DNA of 41,912 nt from positions 1 to 41,912 of IMG/VR virus record IMGVR_UViG_3300044274_000290; one strand, written 5' to 3'. Below, piece by piece: positions 25,249-33,718 of the stretch. Below the pieces are notes generated by a model. It was not told where the DNA came from and did not search any database. It saw nothing but the letters and a program-made list of their open reading frames with translations. The DNA is from a virus. Its lineage: Duplodnaviria > Caudoviricetes. The first letter of the stretch is position 1. Every line of letters begins with the position of its first letter. The position numbers and the translations under genes are program-made.

Positions 25249-25706
25249 ACGAGAAGCACTCCGGTCTCCCCGTCTCCGGCGACCGCGCCCAGCCCGAAGA
25301 GGCCGTGGCCACGGTCAACGCCTCCAAGGAGATCGAGGAGCACGTGCTGCGCCTGATCGACGAGATCGGCGAGGACGAGACGCTCTATGCGGACAAGCGA
25401 TGGCTGGCGCTCGGCCGCACCCAGATCGAGCTAGGCTTCATGGCCGTCAACCGCGCCGTGTTCCGGCCCGACCGGATTTCGCTCGCCGAAGAAGACGAGC
25501 CGATCGTCGAGACCGGCTGGGTGCTGGAACGCGCCGACAGCGATCCCTCGAGGCCTCTCTACTACGCGCCGGAAGGCGGACACGGCGAGATGTGGTCACA
25601 CGACCACAATGACGCCCTGCGCTTTGCCCGCGAGATCGACGCCTCGCGCCAGGCCTATGCGCTCGGCATCCAGGTCCGCGTCTGCGAGCACGAGTGGGTG
25701 TCATGA
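25245..25706 (+). CDS. acb2: Acb2-like anti-CBASS sponge domain fused to an unknown C-terminal domain, 153 aa
   Basis: H...G(D)R...E....N..K...RWLALGRTQIELGFMAVNRAVFRP matches the Acb2 pattern. Confidence 0.8.
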   Translation: MNEKHSGLPVSGDRAQPEEAVATVNASKEIEEHVLRLIDEIGEDETLYADKRWLALGRTQIELGFMAVNRAVFRPDRISLAEEDEPIVETGWVLERADSDPSRPLYYAPEGGHGEMWSHDHNDALRFAREIDASRQAYALGIQVRVCEHEWVS

Positions 25707-25855
25707 CCTGGGTTTTCATCTTCATGGCAGCTGTGACGTTCTTCGTGTTCGCCGGCCACGCGGCCCGGCGCAACGGCCATGCCATGGCCTACGCCTTCAT
25801 CGTCTTCCTGCTGTGGGTAATCGCCGCCGCGTGGTGGGCGGGAGGCTTCGCCTGA
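25703..25855 (+). CDS. Small two-TM protein, 50 aa
   Basis: MTWVFIFMAAVTFFVF...YAFIVFLLWVIAAAWW; ATGA overlap; missing from the ORF track. Confidence 0.7.
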   Translation: MTWVFIFMAAVTFFVFAGHAARRNGHAMAYAFIVFLLWVIAAAWWAGGFA

Positions 25856-25856
25856 C

Positions 25857-26288
25857 ATGCCCTACGCCACCAAGCAGGACCTGATCGATCGTTTCGGCGA
25901 GACCGAGCTCAAGCAGCTCACGGACCGGACCAACGTGCCGCCGACGACGATCGACGACACGGTGGTGACGCGGGCGCTCGACGACGCCACCGCGCTGGCG
26001 GACGGCTATCTCGGCAAGAAATACGCCCTGCCGCTCTCGGTGACGCCGCCCGTTCTGACCAAGCTGGTGGCCGACGTGGCGCGCTACTACCTACACGGCA
26101 AGCGGGCCGAGAAGGATGGCCCGGTGGCGATCGCCTACAAGGAAGCGGTCGCCTGGCTGCGGGACGTCTCCAACGGCCTCGTCCAGCTCGACGCGGACGG
26201 CGTGGCGCCGTCGCAGGCCGGCGGCGGCTCGGTCAAGGCCACGGCGCCCGGCCGCGTCTTCACCCGCGACAGCCTGAAGGGCGCCTGA
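25857..26288 (+). CDS. Mu gp36 (DUF1320) head-tail adaptor
   Basis: YATKQDLIDRFGETEL...DGYLGKKYALPL...ARYYL. Confidence 0.92.
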   Translation: MPYATKQDLIDRFGETELKQLTDRTNVPPTTIDDTVVTRALDDATALADGYLGKKYALPLSVTPPVLTKLVADVARYYLHGKRAEKDGPVAIAYKEAVAWLRDVSNGLVQLDADGVAPSQAGGGSVKATAPGRVFTRDSLKGA

Positions 26289-26291
26289 GAC

Positions 26292-26873
26292 ATGGCCGGC
26301 GCGGGCATCCAGATCAGGGTCAACGACGAGGAAGTGCTCTCGGGGCTGGCGGCCGTCGACCGCGTCGCCGACGATCCCTCGGCGATCATGGCTGAGATCG
26401 CGGCCTTCATGGTGACCGCGACCCAGCGCCACATCGAGCAGGAGCGCGGACCGGACGGTCCCTGGCCGCGACTGTCGCCGCGCACCGCCAACCGCCGCAT
26501 CGGCAACCGCCGGCGCGGCCACGACAACATCCTGCGGGTGTCGGGCCGGCTCTACCAGAGCATCACGGAAGACAGCGGCCGCGACTACGCCGCCGCCGGC
26601 ACCAACCTGGTCTACGGCCCGGCGCACCAGCTCGGCGCGACGATCCAGATGCCCGGCCGGGAACAGGACATCCACCTGTCGACCGGCCGGGGCCGCCGTC
26701 GCTTCGTCAAGCGCCGTCTGAAGCGCAAGGAGACCAGGCGCGTCACGGTGGGCGCCCACACCATCACCATCCCGCCCAGGCCGTACCTCTATCTCAACGA
26801 GGCCGACCGGGCCGAGATCCTCGACATCGCCGCCGATGGCATCCGGCGCGAAAGCGGAGGCGCGGTCGAATGA
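26292..26873 (+). CDS. Virion morphogenesis protein (Mu gpG-like)
   Basis: GPDGPWPRLS, GTNLVYGPAHQLG, IPPRPYL. Confidence 0.9.
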   Translation: MAGAGIQIRVNDEEVLSGLAAVDRVADDPSAIMAEIAAFMVTATQRHIEQERGPDGPWPRLSPRTANRRIGNRRRGHDNILRVSGRLYQSITEDSGRDYAAAGTNLVYGPAHQLGATIQMPGREQDIHLSTGRGRRRFVKRRLKRKETRRVTVGAHTITIPPRPYLYLNEADRAEILDIAADGIRRESGGAVE

Positions 26874-27304
26874 GCATCGTCGACCAGGTCATCGCCCGGC
26901 TGAACGCCATCGACCCGGCGGTCTTTTCCATCGTCGGCGGCGCCATCGACTTCTCGGCGATCGACGACGTGCCGACCGCGACGCCGGCCGCCTACGTGCT
27001 GATCGAGGAGGAAGCGAGCGATCCCAGCGAGCGCGCGACCGGGCCGGTGCTGCAGCGCTGCGAGGCGGACGTCGCGGTCATCATCATCGCCGGCAATATC
27101 TCCGACCTGGCGGGCGGCGCGGCGGCCGGCGACCTGGAGGCGCTCAAGACGGCGGTCCGCGGCGCCCTGGTCGGCTTCGTGCCCGACGCCGAGACCGGCG
27201 AGCATCTGGAACATATCGGCGCCAACCTGCTGAAGGCCAGAGGCGGCTGTGTCTGGCACCGCGAGCTCTTCGGCATCGGAACCTACATCGAGGAGCAAAG
27301 CTGA
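26870..27304 (+). CDS. Tail terminator (gp37-like)
   Basis: TPAAYVL, VRGALVGFVP; precedes the tube gene. Confidence 0.75.
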   Translation: MSIVDQVIARLNAIDPAVFSIVGGAIDFSAIDDVPTATPAAYVLIEEEASDPSERATGPVLQRCEADVAVIIIAGNISDLAGGAAAGDLEALKTAVRGALVGFVPDAETGEHLEHIGANLLKARGGCVWHRELFGIGTYIEEQS

Positions 27305-27465
27305 TGGCCGACAAGCCTTACACCGAGCGGACCGGCGGGCGTTACGTCCGCGACCCCGAAACCGGCCGGCGCGAGCGCGCCGACGAAAGCAAGCCGACGC
27401 CGGCGGAACCCGCCGCGTCGAAGAGGGACGAGTCGGCCGAGGCCGGGAAAGGTAGGAAGTCATGA
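27304..27465 (+). CDS. Small protein before the tail tube, 53 aa
   Basis: GGRYVRDPETG motif; overlaps both neighbours. Confidence 0.7.
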   Translation: MADKPYTERTGGRYVRDPETGRRERADESKPTPAEPAASKRDESAEAGKGRKS

Positions 27466-28391
27466 GCAAGCGGTATTGGCGCAAGCTCGCACTGCTGGCC
27501 AAGATCGAGGGCACCTACGGAACGGATTCGACCCCGGCCGGTGCCACCGACGCCGTCCAGGCGATCGACGTGCAGTTCACGCCGATGGAGGGCGGCGAGG
27601 AGAACCGCGACCTGCTGCTGCCCTATCTCGGCCACCAGGGCGTGATCCTGACCGGCCTGCACGGCCGGCTGGAATTCTCGGTCGAGGTCGCGGGCGCCGG
27701 CGGCGCCGGCGACGTGCCGAAATACGGCTCGCTGCTTCGCGCCTGCGGCTTCTCCGAGACGATATCGGCCGGCGTCGACGTCGCCTACGAGCCGGTCTCG
27801 GCCGGCCAGGAATCGGTTTCGATCTACTACAACCGCGACGGCGTCCGGCACGTCCTGCTCGGCACGCGCGGCAACGTCACCATGGAGTTCACGCCGCAGC
27901 GCATTCCCCGCTTCCGGTTCACCATGATGGGTCTGCACGGAACCGTTGCGGACCAGGCGCTGCCTTCGGTGACCCTGTCCGGCTTTCAGCAGCCGGTGGT
28001 CGTATCGAAGGCAAACACGACCTTCGCCCTTCACGGCTATTCCGGCCCGACCGAGAACGTGTCGATCGACGTGGGCAACCAGGTGGAGACGCGGCTCCTG
28101 ATCGGCTCCGACGCGGTCGAGATTACGGACCGCCTGTCTACCGGCTCGGCGGTGATCGAGGCGGCACTGCTGGCCACCCAGAACTGGGACCAGATCGCCA
28201 AGGCGCACACCGCGGCCGCCCTCCAGCTCGTCCATGGCACGGTCGCCGGCAACATCGTCCAGGTCGACGCGCCGAAGGCGCAGATCGGGCGGTACAGCGA
28301 AGGCCAGACGCAGGGGATCATGAACAACACGCTGCCGCTGATGCTGAAGCCGGACAGCGGCAATGACGAGCTCGTCATCACCGTGAAATGA
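27462..28391 (+). CDS. Tail tube (major tail) protein
   Basis: LAKIEGTYGTD, LLRACGF, GTRGNV, HGTVAGNIV; synteny. Confidence 0.88.
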   Translation: MSKRYWRKLALLAKIEGTYGTDSTPAGATDAVQAIDVQFTPMEGGEENRDLLLPYLGHQGVILTGLHGRLEFSVEVAGAGGAGDVPKYGSLLRACGFSETISAGVDVAYEPVSAGQESVSIYYNRDGVRHVLLGTRGNVTMEFTPQRIPRFRFTMMGLHGTVADQALPSVTLSGFQQPVVVSKANTTFALHGYSGPTENVSIDVGNQVETRLLIGSDAVEITDRLSTGSAVIEAALLATQNWDQIAKAHTAAALQLVHGTVAGNIVQVDAPKAQIGRYSEGQTQGIMNNTLPLMLKPDSGNDELVITVK

Positions 28392-28476
28392 GCCTTCGGC
28401 GGAGCGGCCGACCGCGCCCGTGAACCCACGTCGAAGGCGGCTCAAGCCGCCTTCACGCAATCCGGAAAGGGAGACC

Positions 28477-28854
28477 ATGACCAAGTTCGTTCTGACGGAA
28501 GAGTATCGCTACTGGTGGCCGATCGAGGTCAAGCTGCCCGACCCCGACCGCGCCGGCGAATTCGTCACCCAGAAATTCAAGATGGAATTCCTGGCCATGC
28601 CCTCCGACGAGGCGCGTGCACTCACCAAGGAGATCGACGCGCTGCCGGCCGAACAGCGGGAGGAGCGCGAGCACGAGCACCTCATGCGGGTTGCCCGCAA
28701 CTGGAACGAGGACGTGGTCGACGCCGACAAGAAGCCGGTGCGCTTCTCGAAGGAGGCGCTGGCACAGGCGCTGCGCTTTCCGTGGTTCCGGGCCGCCGTC
28801 TACCGCGGCTACACGCGGTCGCTGGTTGGCGACGAGGCCCGAAAGGGAAACTGA
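28477..28854 (+). CDS. Tail assembly chaperone (gpG-like)
   Basis: Between tube and tape measure genes; ends ...ARKGN at slippery GGGAAAC. Confidence 0.85.
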   Translation: MTKFVLTEEYRYWWPIEVKLPDPDRAGEFVTQKFKMEFLAMPSDEARALTKEIDALPAEQREEREHEHLMRVARNWNEDVVDADKKPVRFSKEALAQALRFPWFRAAVYRGYTRSLVGDEARKGN

Positions 28855-29228
28855 GGGAGGCCGCGCGCGCCTGGGCGCTCGGCCAGTCGGGAAAGACCGA
28901 TCCGTCCAAGCCGGTCACGCTGGACGCTTCGGATGTCCAGGAGTTCGCGGAGCTCGGCGTCACCTTTGCCGGCGAGATCGAGGAGAAGGACGAGGATGCC
29001 TGCGCGGTGTGGGACACCAACTGGAAGAGCGTCGAGACCTTCCTCGACTGCGCCACGCAGTGGCGGGTCGCGGCCGGCTTCGGTGCCGTGGCCCGGCTCG
29101 GCCTCGACTATGCCGGCGTCGACGCTCTCCTGCGCCGCCGCGGCCTCTCGGACCAGGTGTTCGAGGATCTGTGCGTGATGGAGCGCGCGGCGCTGAAAGC
29201 GTTAGGCGAGAGTGAGGGCAGTTCGTGA
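28845..29228 (+). CDS. -1 frameshift extension of the chaperone (gpGT, DUF1799-like)
   Basis: G GGA AAC at 28845-28851; -1 frame encodes TQWRV...GLDYAGV...MERAAL. Confidence 0.82.
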   Translation, partial: GKLREAARAWALGQSGKTDPSKPVTLDASDVQEFAELGVTFAGEIEEKDEDACAVWDTNWKSVETFLDCATQWRVAAGFGAVARLGLDYAGVDALLRRRGLSDQVFEDLCVMERAALKALGESEGSS

Positions 29229-29335
29229 TGTCGTCACGGCCGCACCACTCGCTGTCGCTCGTTGGCCTCCCGACGGGGCGCCGGAAAACCGGCGGGCCGC
29301 GCTTGCGGCCTCGCGCTGCCGGAGGCATTGCGTAG

Positions 29336-32038
29336 ATGGCCCCTCTCAACCTCTCCATGATGGTGACGGCCAACGCCAAGGGCGTGAAGCCGGCGACGGC
29401 CGAGGGCTGCGACGAGGTCCGCAGCATCGGCGAAGCCGCCGCGCAGACGGCCGCCGAGACCAAGATGCTGGCGGCCGCCAACGACGAGGCGGTCAGGGCG
29501 TACCGGGCCGCCACCGCCGCCGCCCAGGGCCAGACCGCGGCCGAGCGGGAGCTGCGCGCCGCGATCGACCAGCGGCTCGGCATAGGCCGGAACGTGGCCA
29601 GGATCGGCGATCCCTTCGATGGCAACGCGACCAGGGCGGCCGATATCGAGGCCTACGGGCAGAAGCTCGACGCGCTCAGGGCCAAATACAACCCGCTCTA
29701 CGCCGAGGTGTCGCGCTACAAGATGATGCAGGCCGAGATCCGCGAGGCACACCGCCTCGGCGCCATATCGGCCGACGAGATGACCGCCGCGCTCGACCGC
29801 GAGCGCACGGCGGCGCTGCAGACGATCGGCGCGCTCAAGGGCCGCGGCGCGGCCATGAACGACAATTTCGCCCTTGGCGGCAACCGATTTCACTCCACCA
29901 ACCTCATGTTCCAGGCGCAGGATATCGCCATGATGTCCCTGATGGGACAGGCGCCGATGGCGGTCGGTCTCCAGCAGGGCATGCAGGTCGCCGGCATTTT
30001 CCAGCAGATGGGCGGCGGCACCAACGCGGTGCGGGCGCTCGGTGCTGCGTTCGGCGCCCTGATCAATCCGGTCACGCTGGCGACGGTCGGTATCACCGCC
30101 GCGGGCGCCGCCGCCGTACAGTACTTCATGAGCGCCGGCGAAGAGGCGCGGACGCTCGACGACATCCTGGAGGAGCACGAGGCGAACATCCGCCGCCTCG
30201 GCCCGGCCTACGAGGCCATCCACAAACGGCAGATGCAGTTTGCCACGGATTCGATCGAGGTGGTGGAGCTGCTCAACGAAGCGCTGCGCGAGAACGTGCT
30301 GGCGAAGGTGGAGGATGAGACGGCAGCGGCGCTGAAGGGCGTCATGTCGAGCTTCATCAATGAGATCGGCCTGGAGGTGACGACTGTCGAGGAGCGCTTC
30401 CAGCCCTTCATCCAGATCATCGGCCGCCTGCAGCAGTCAATCGCGGAAGGCACCCCCGACTTCCAGCGCTTCAACAGCGAAATCGCCACGCTGACCGCTG
30501 CGCGCCCCGAGCTCGAAGGCGCCGGCCGGGAACTGATCACGATGTTCACGGACGCCCAGGCGGCGGCCTCGGCGCTGCCGAATGTGGGCAAGGATATCGA
30601 CGCTGTCGGGTTGGCGTTCGGGCGGGTCAATGAAGCGATAGCGCGGTTCGATCCGTACGATCTTGGCGGCCGCTACTCCGACATCGAGGAGGAATTAGCC
30701 ACGCTGCAGAAGCGGGCCGTCTCCGGCGAGCTGTCGATCGACGATCTCAACGACTCGATCGATGCTATGTCGCGAATGAACCCGGATCTGTCGGCCGCGA
30801 TCGGAGAGATCGGCCGGCTGATAAGAGCACTCGCCGAAGCTCGGCGGCAGGCGGACAGGCTGGCGAACACGACGCCGAAAACGCACCGGCTGGGCGCCAT
30901 GGACGCTCTCGCGGAGGATTTCGACCGCCAGCTCAATCTGGCGCTGCGCATGGGCGATCTGGGCGAGACGCTGGGCGTGGGCAAGGTCGACAAGGATGCT
31001 ACCAGCGCCGCGAACGCCTATCGCGACCTGGTCAAGTCAGCCCGCGACCGCATCGCGCAACTCAAGACCGAGATCGACCTGGTCGGCAAGGCCGGGGCCG
31101 AGGCGGAGCGGCTCCGCTTCGAGCAGCAGCTGCTCGCCGACGCCTTCGACAAGGGCCGCTCGATCGGCCGCGAGCAGCGGCGGGAGATCGCCGCCATGGC
31201 CGAGGAGTATGGCCGGCTCACCGAGGCGCTGTCCAAGGCGCAGCTCGCCGAGGACCTGATGTTCGAGCGCGAGCAGATATTCCGCTCGCCAGTCGATCGC
31301 GAGATCGCCGACATGCTGCGCTCGGCCGGTCTCGAGGTCGACCTCGACGGTTACCACGCCGGGCTGGCGCGCGTGAACATCGAGCTGCGGCGTACCCAGC
31401 AGCTGCACCTAGAGTTGATTGACGGCGGCATTTCCGACCTGCGCCGCGCGTTGCGCGACGGCAGGCTGGAGTGGGAGGAGCTCGGCGATATCGCCGTCAA
31501 CGCGCTCGACCGGATCATCGCCAAGCTGCAGGACGATCTGATGAACGCGCTGTCCGGCCTGAGCGGCGGCAGGGGCGGCAGCATTCTCTCCTGGATTGGG
31601 CGTCTGTTTGGCTTCGGAGGCGGCAGTTCGCGGCTGAATTACTTTCCGCCTCCGCCCTCGATCGGAGTCGGCCTGTTCCATGACGGCCGCTATCCGGGCC
31701 AGCCGGGCGGCAGCCGCGACGCCGACCCGGCCTGGTTCATCGGCGCTCCGCGCTACCACGCCGGCCGCATTCCCGGCCTCGCGCCCGACGAGGAGGCGGC
31801 GATCGTACGCCGCGACGAGCCGATCTTCCGCTCCATGGAGCACGCCCGGCAGGTCGTGGGAGCCATGAACGACAATGGCGGCGGCCGGCTCACCACGGTG
31901 CGGCTGATCGTCGAGGCCCAGGAAGGGCCCATGCTGCGGCCCACCATCCGCGCCGAAGCCGACGACGCGGCGGTGCAGGTGGTGACCGAATATCACCGCT
32001 CGCGCGAGAACCTGCGCGAAAACGGCGGAGCGGGCTGA
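29336..32038 (+). CDS. Tape measure protein, 900 aa
   Basis: Ala-rich helical; FQAQDI...LQQGMQ; C-terminal PRYHAG. Confidence 0.93.
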   Translation: MAPLNLSMMVTANAKGVKPATAEGCDEVRSIGEAAAQTAAETKMLAAANDEAVRAYRAATAAAQGQTAAERELRAAIDQRLGIGRNVARIGDPFDGNATRAADIEAYGQKLDALRAKYNPLYAEVSRYKMMQAEIREAHRLGAISADEMTAALDRERTAALQTIGALKGRGAAMNDNFALGGNRFHSTNLMFQAQDIAMMSLMGQAPMAVGLQQGMQVAGIFQQMGGGTNAVRALGAAFGALINPVTLATVGITAAGAAAVQYFMSAGEEARTLDDILEEHEANIRRLGPAYEAIHKRQMQFATDSIEVVELLNEALRENVLAKVEDETAAALKGVMSSFINEIGLEVTTVEERFQPFIQIIGRLQQSIAEGTPDFQRFNSEIATLTAARPELEGAGRELITMFTDAQAAASALPNVGKDIDAVGLAFGRVNEAIARFDPYDLGGRYSDIEEELATLQKRAVSGELSIDDLNDSIDAMSRMNPDLSAAIGEIGRLIRALAEARRQADRLANTTPKTHRLGAMDALAEDFDRQLNLALRMGDLGETLGVGKVDKDATSAANAYRDLVKSARDRIAQLKTEIDLVGKAGAEAERLRFEQQLLADAFDKGRSIGREQRREIAAMAEEYGRLTEALSKAQLAEDLMFEREQIFRSPVDREIADMLRSAGLEVDLDGYHAGLARVNIELRRTQQLHLELIDGGISDLRRALRDGRLEWEELGDIAVNALDRIIAKLQDDLMNALSGLSGGRGGSILSWIGRLFGFGGGSSRLNYFPPPPSIGVGLFHDGRYPGQPGGSRDADPAWFIGAPRYHAGRIPGLAPDEEAAIVRRDEPIFRSMEHARQVVGAMNDNGGGRLTTVRLIVEAQEGPMLRPTIRAEADDAAVQVVTEYHRSRENLRENGGAG

Positions 32039-32697
32039 TGGCGGCGCCGATCGAACTGCCGGACATCGTCGGCTGGGAGGAGGTCGAATTCGACCCCGTC
32101 GCGGTCAAGGACACGGAGCGCATGGAGGGCCGGCGCACCGAAACCGTGCGCCACGGCGCCACCTGGTGGAAGGCGCGCTACCGGACGGGCTTTCTCGACT
32201 TCCGGGATTTCGGGCGCATGGATGCCTTCATGATGAAGGTCGACGGCGACGGGGACCTGTTCCGCGCTTATGACGTGTTCCGCCCGCGACCGATGGCGCA
32301 CGACAACGGACAGCCGCTTTCCGGCACCAAGGCCGGCGGCGGCGCCTTCAACGGGACGGCGACGCTCTCGGCGATCACCAACAGCCGCACCGTCACCGTT
32401 TCCGGGCTGCCGGCCGGATTCGAGTTGCGCGACGGCGACTATGTCGAGTTCCGCATGTCGGCCACGAAGCTGTCGCTTCACCGGGTCGGGGCCGACGCGG
32501 TGGCCAACGGCTCCGGCGTCGTCACGCTGTCGATCCGCTACGGGCTCGACACGCAGAACTTCACCACCGCCGCGATCGTCAATTTCGAGAAGCCGTCCTG
32601 CCTGATGGAGCTCGATGCCGGCAGCTATGACGGAAAGAAGGCGCGCCGCACGCGCCGGCCGAGCTTCGCGGCCACCGAGATGTTTCCGGGGAGCTGA
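32038..32697 (+). CDS. Distal tail protein (putative)
   Basis: First gene after the tape measure gene; beta-rich. Confidence 0.7.
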   Translation: MAAPIELPDIVGWEEVEFDPVAVKDTERMEGRRTETVRHGATWWKARYRTGFLDFRDFGRMDAFMMKVDGDGDLFRAYDVFRPRPMAHDNGQPLSGTKAGGGAFNGTATLSAITNSRTVTVSGLPAGFELRDGDYVEFRMSATKLSLHRVGADAVANGSGVVTLSIRYGLDTQNFTTAAIVNFEKPSCLMELDAGSYDGKKARRTRRPSFAATEMFPGS

Positions 32698-33291
32698 ATG
32701 ATGAGCCTCGATCCCGCCGTCGAAGAGCTGCTGGAAAATGGCGACCTTGTCGGCCTCGACCTGATCCGCTTCGACCTGCCGGGCAATCCTGTGGGCTATC
32801 ATCGCGGCGGCCGGCCCTACACCTATAACGGTCTGACCTACCTGCCCAACCGGTATCTCGATATCGGCGAGATGAGCCAGGCGCTCGGCGTCGAGGTGAC
32901 GCGGCGCACGATCCGCTTTTCCAACGTGCCGACCTCCGACCCCGACGACGCGATCGCCCAGCTGGAGAACCATGACTACACCAATGCGCCGGTCATCGTC
33001 ACGCACCTGGCCGGCGTGCCCGGCACGGACACCGTGGCCGGCATCCTCGCCTCCTCGATCTACGAAGTGGACGATGTCCGCTACGTCACCGGGGCTGTGA
33101 ACGAGCGGGGCGAGCGCTCGCTGACGATCGAGATCGATATCGAGCCACCCGGCCGGTCCGCGCGCGGTACGACGGGCGTGAAGCGCAGCGACGCCGAGCA
33201 CCAATACGACAATGGCGACGGCGACACGGCCCTGGAATATGCCGCGATCGGCGGCTCGGAAGTCGAGGAATGGGGGCAGCGCGTTGACTGA
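32698..33291 (+). CDS. Tail tip/hub protein (DUF2163-like, putative)
   Basis: Synteny; RSDAEHQ...WG C-terminus. Confidence 0.65.
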   Translation: MMSLDPAVEELLENGDLVGLDLIRFDLPGNPVGYHRGGRPYTYNGLTYLPNRYLDIGEMSQALGVEVTRRTIRFSNVPTSDPDDAIAQLENHDYTNAPVIVTHLAGVPGTDTVAGILASSIYEVDDVRYVTGAVNERGERSLTIEIDIEPPGRSARGTTGVKRSDAEHQYDNGDGDTALEYAAIGGSEVEEWGQRVD

Positions 33292-33304
33292 GGCCCGCCC
33301 CGCC

Positions 33305-33718
33305 ATGGCCGGCTTCGAGCGGTACCGGACCGTGTCGGCGGTGCTCCTCGAGGAGCTGTCGAAACCCTATGAATACGGCGTCGCCGATTGCTTCATGCTG
33401 GGCTGCCGCGTCGCCGACGCCCTGGACGGGACGCTGGGGCTGGCCGCGCTCTATGGCGGCGCCTACTCGACCCTGACGGGCGCGCAGCGCGCATTGCGCC
33501 GGCATGGCTTCAAGTCCCTGGCCGAGCTGTTCGGCAGCCACCTGCCGCCGGTCGCGCCGGCCGCCGCGCAGACGGGCGATCTCGCCATCCTGCGGCTCTC
33601 CGATGGCGACCATGTCGGCGTCATCGCCTATGCAGCCGTCGTCACCAAGACCGAGCGCGGGCGGTCGAGCCACCCTGTCGCGGCGGCGGTCGCGGCGTTC
33701 CGGACGGGTGGCGGCTGA
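33305..33718 (+). CDS. NlpC/P60-like tail assembly protein (DUF6950-like)
   Basis: YEYGVADC...GDL...HVGV; start could be TTG at 33284. Confidence 0.75.
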   Translation: MAGFERYRTVSAVLLEELSKPYEYGVADCFMLGCRVADALDGTLGLAALYGGAYSTLTGAQRALRRHGFKSLAELFGSHLPPVAPAAAQTGDLAILRLSDGDHVGVIAYAAVVTKTERGRSSHPVAAAVAAFRTGGG

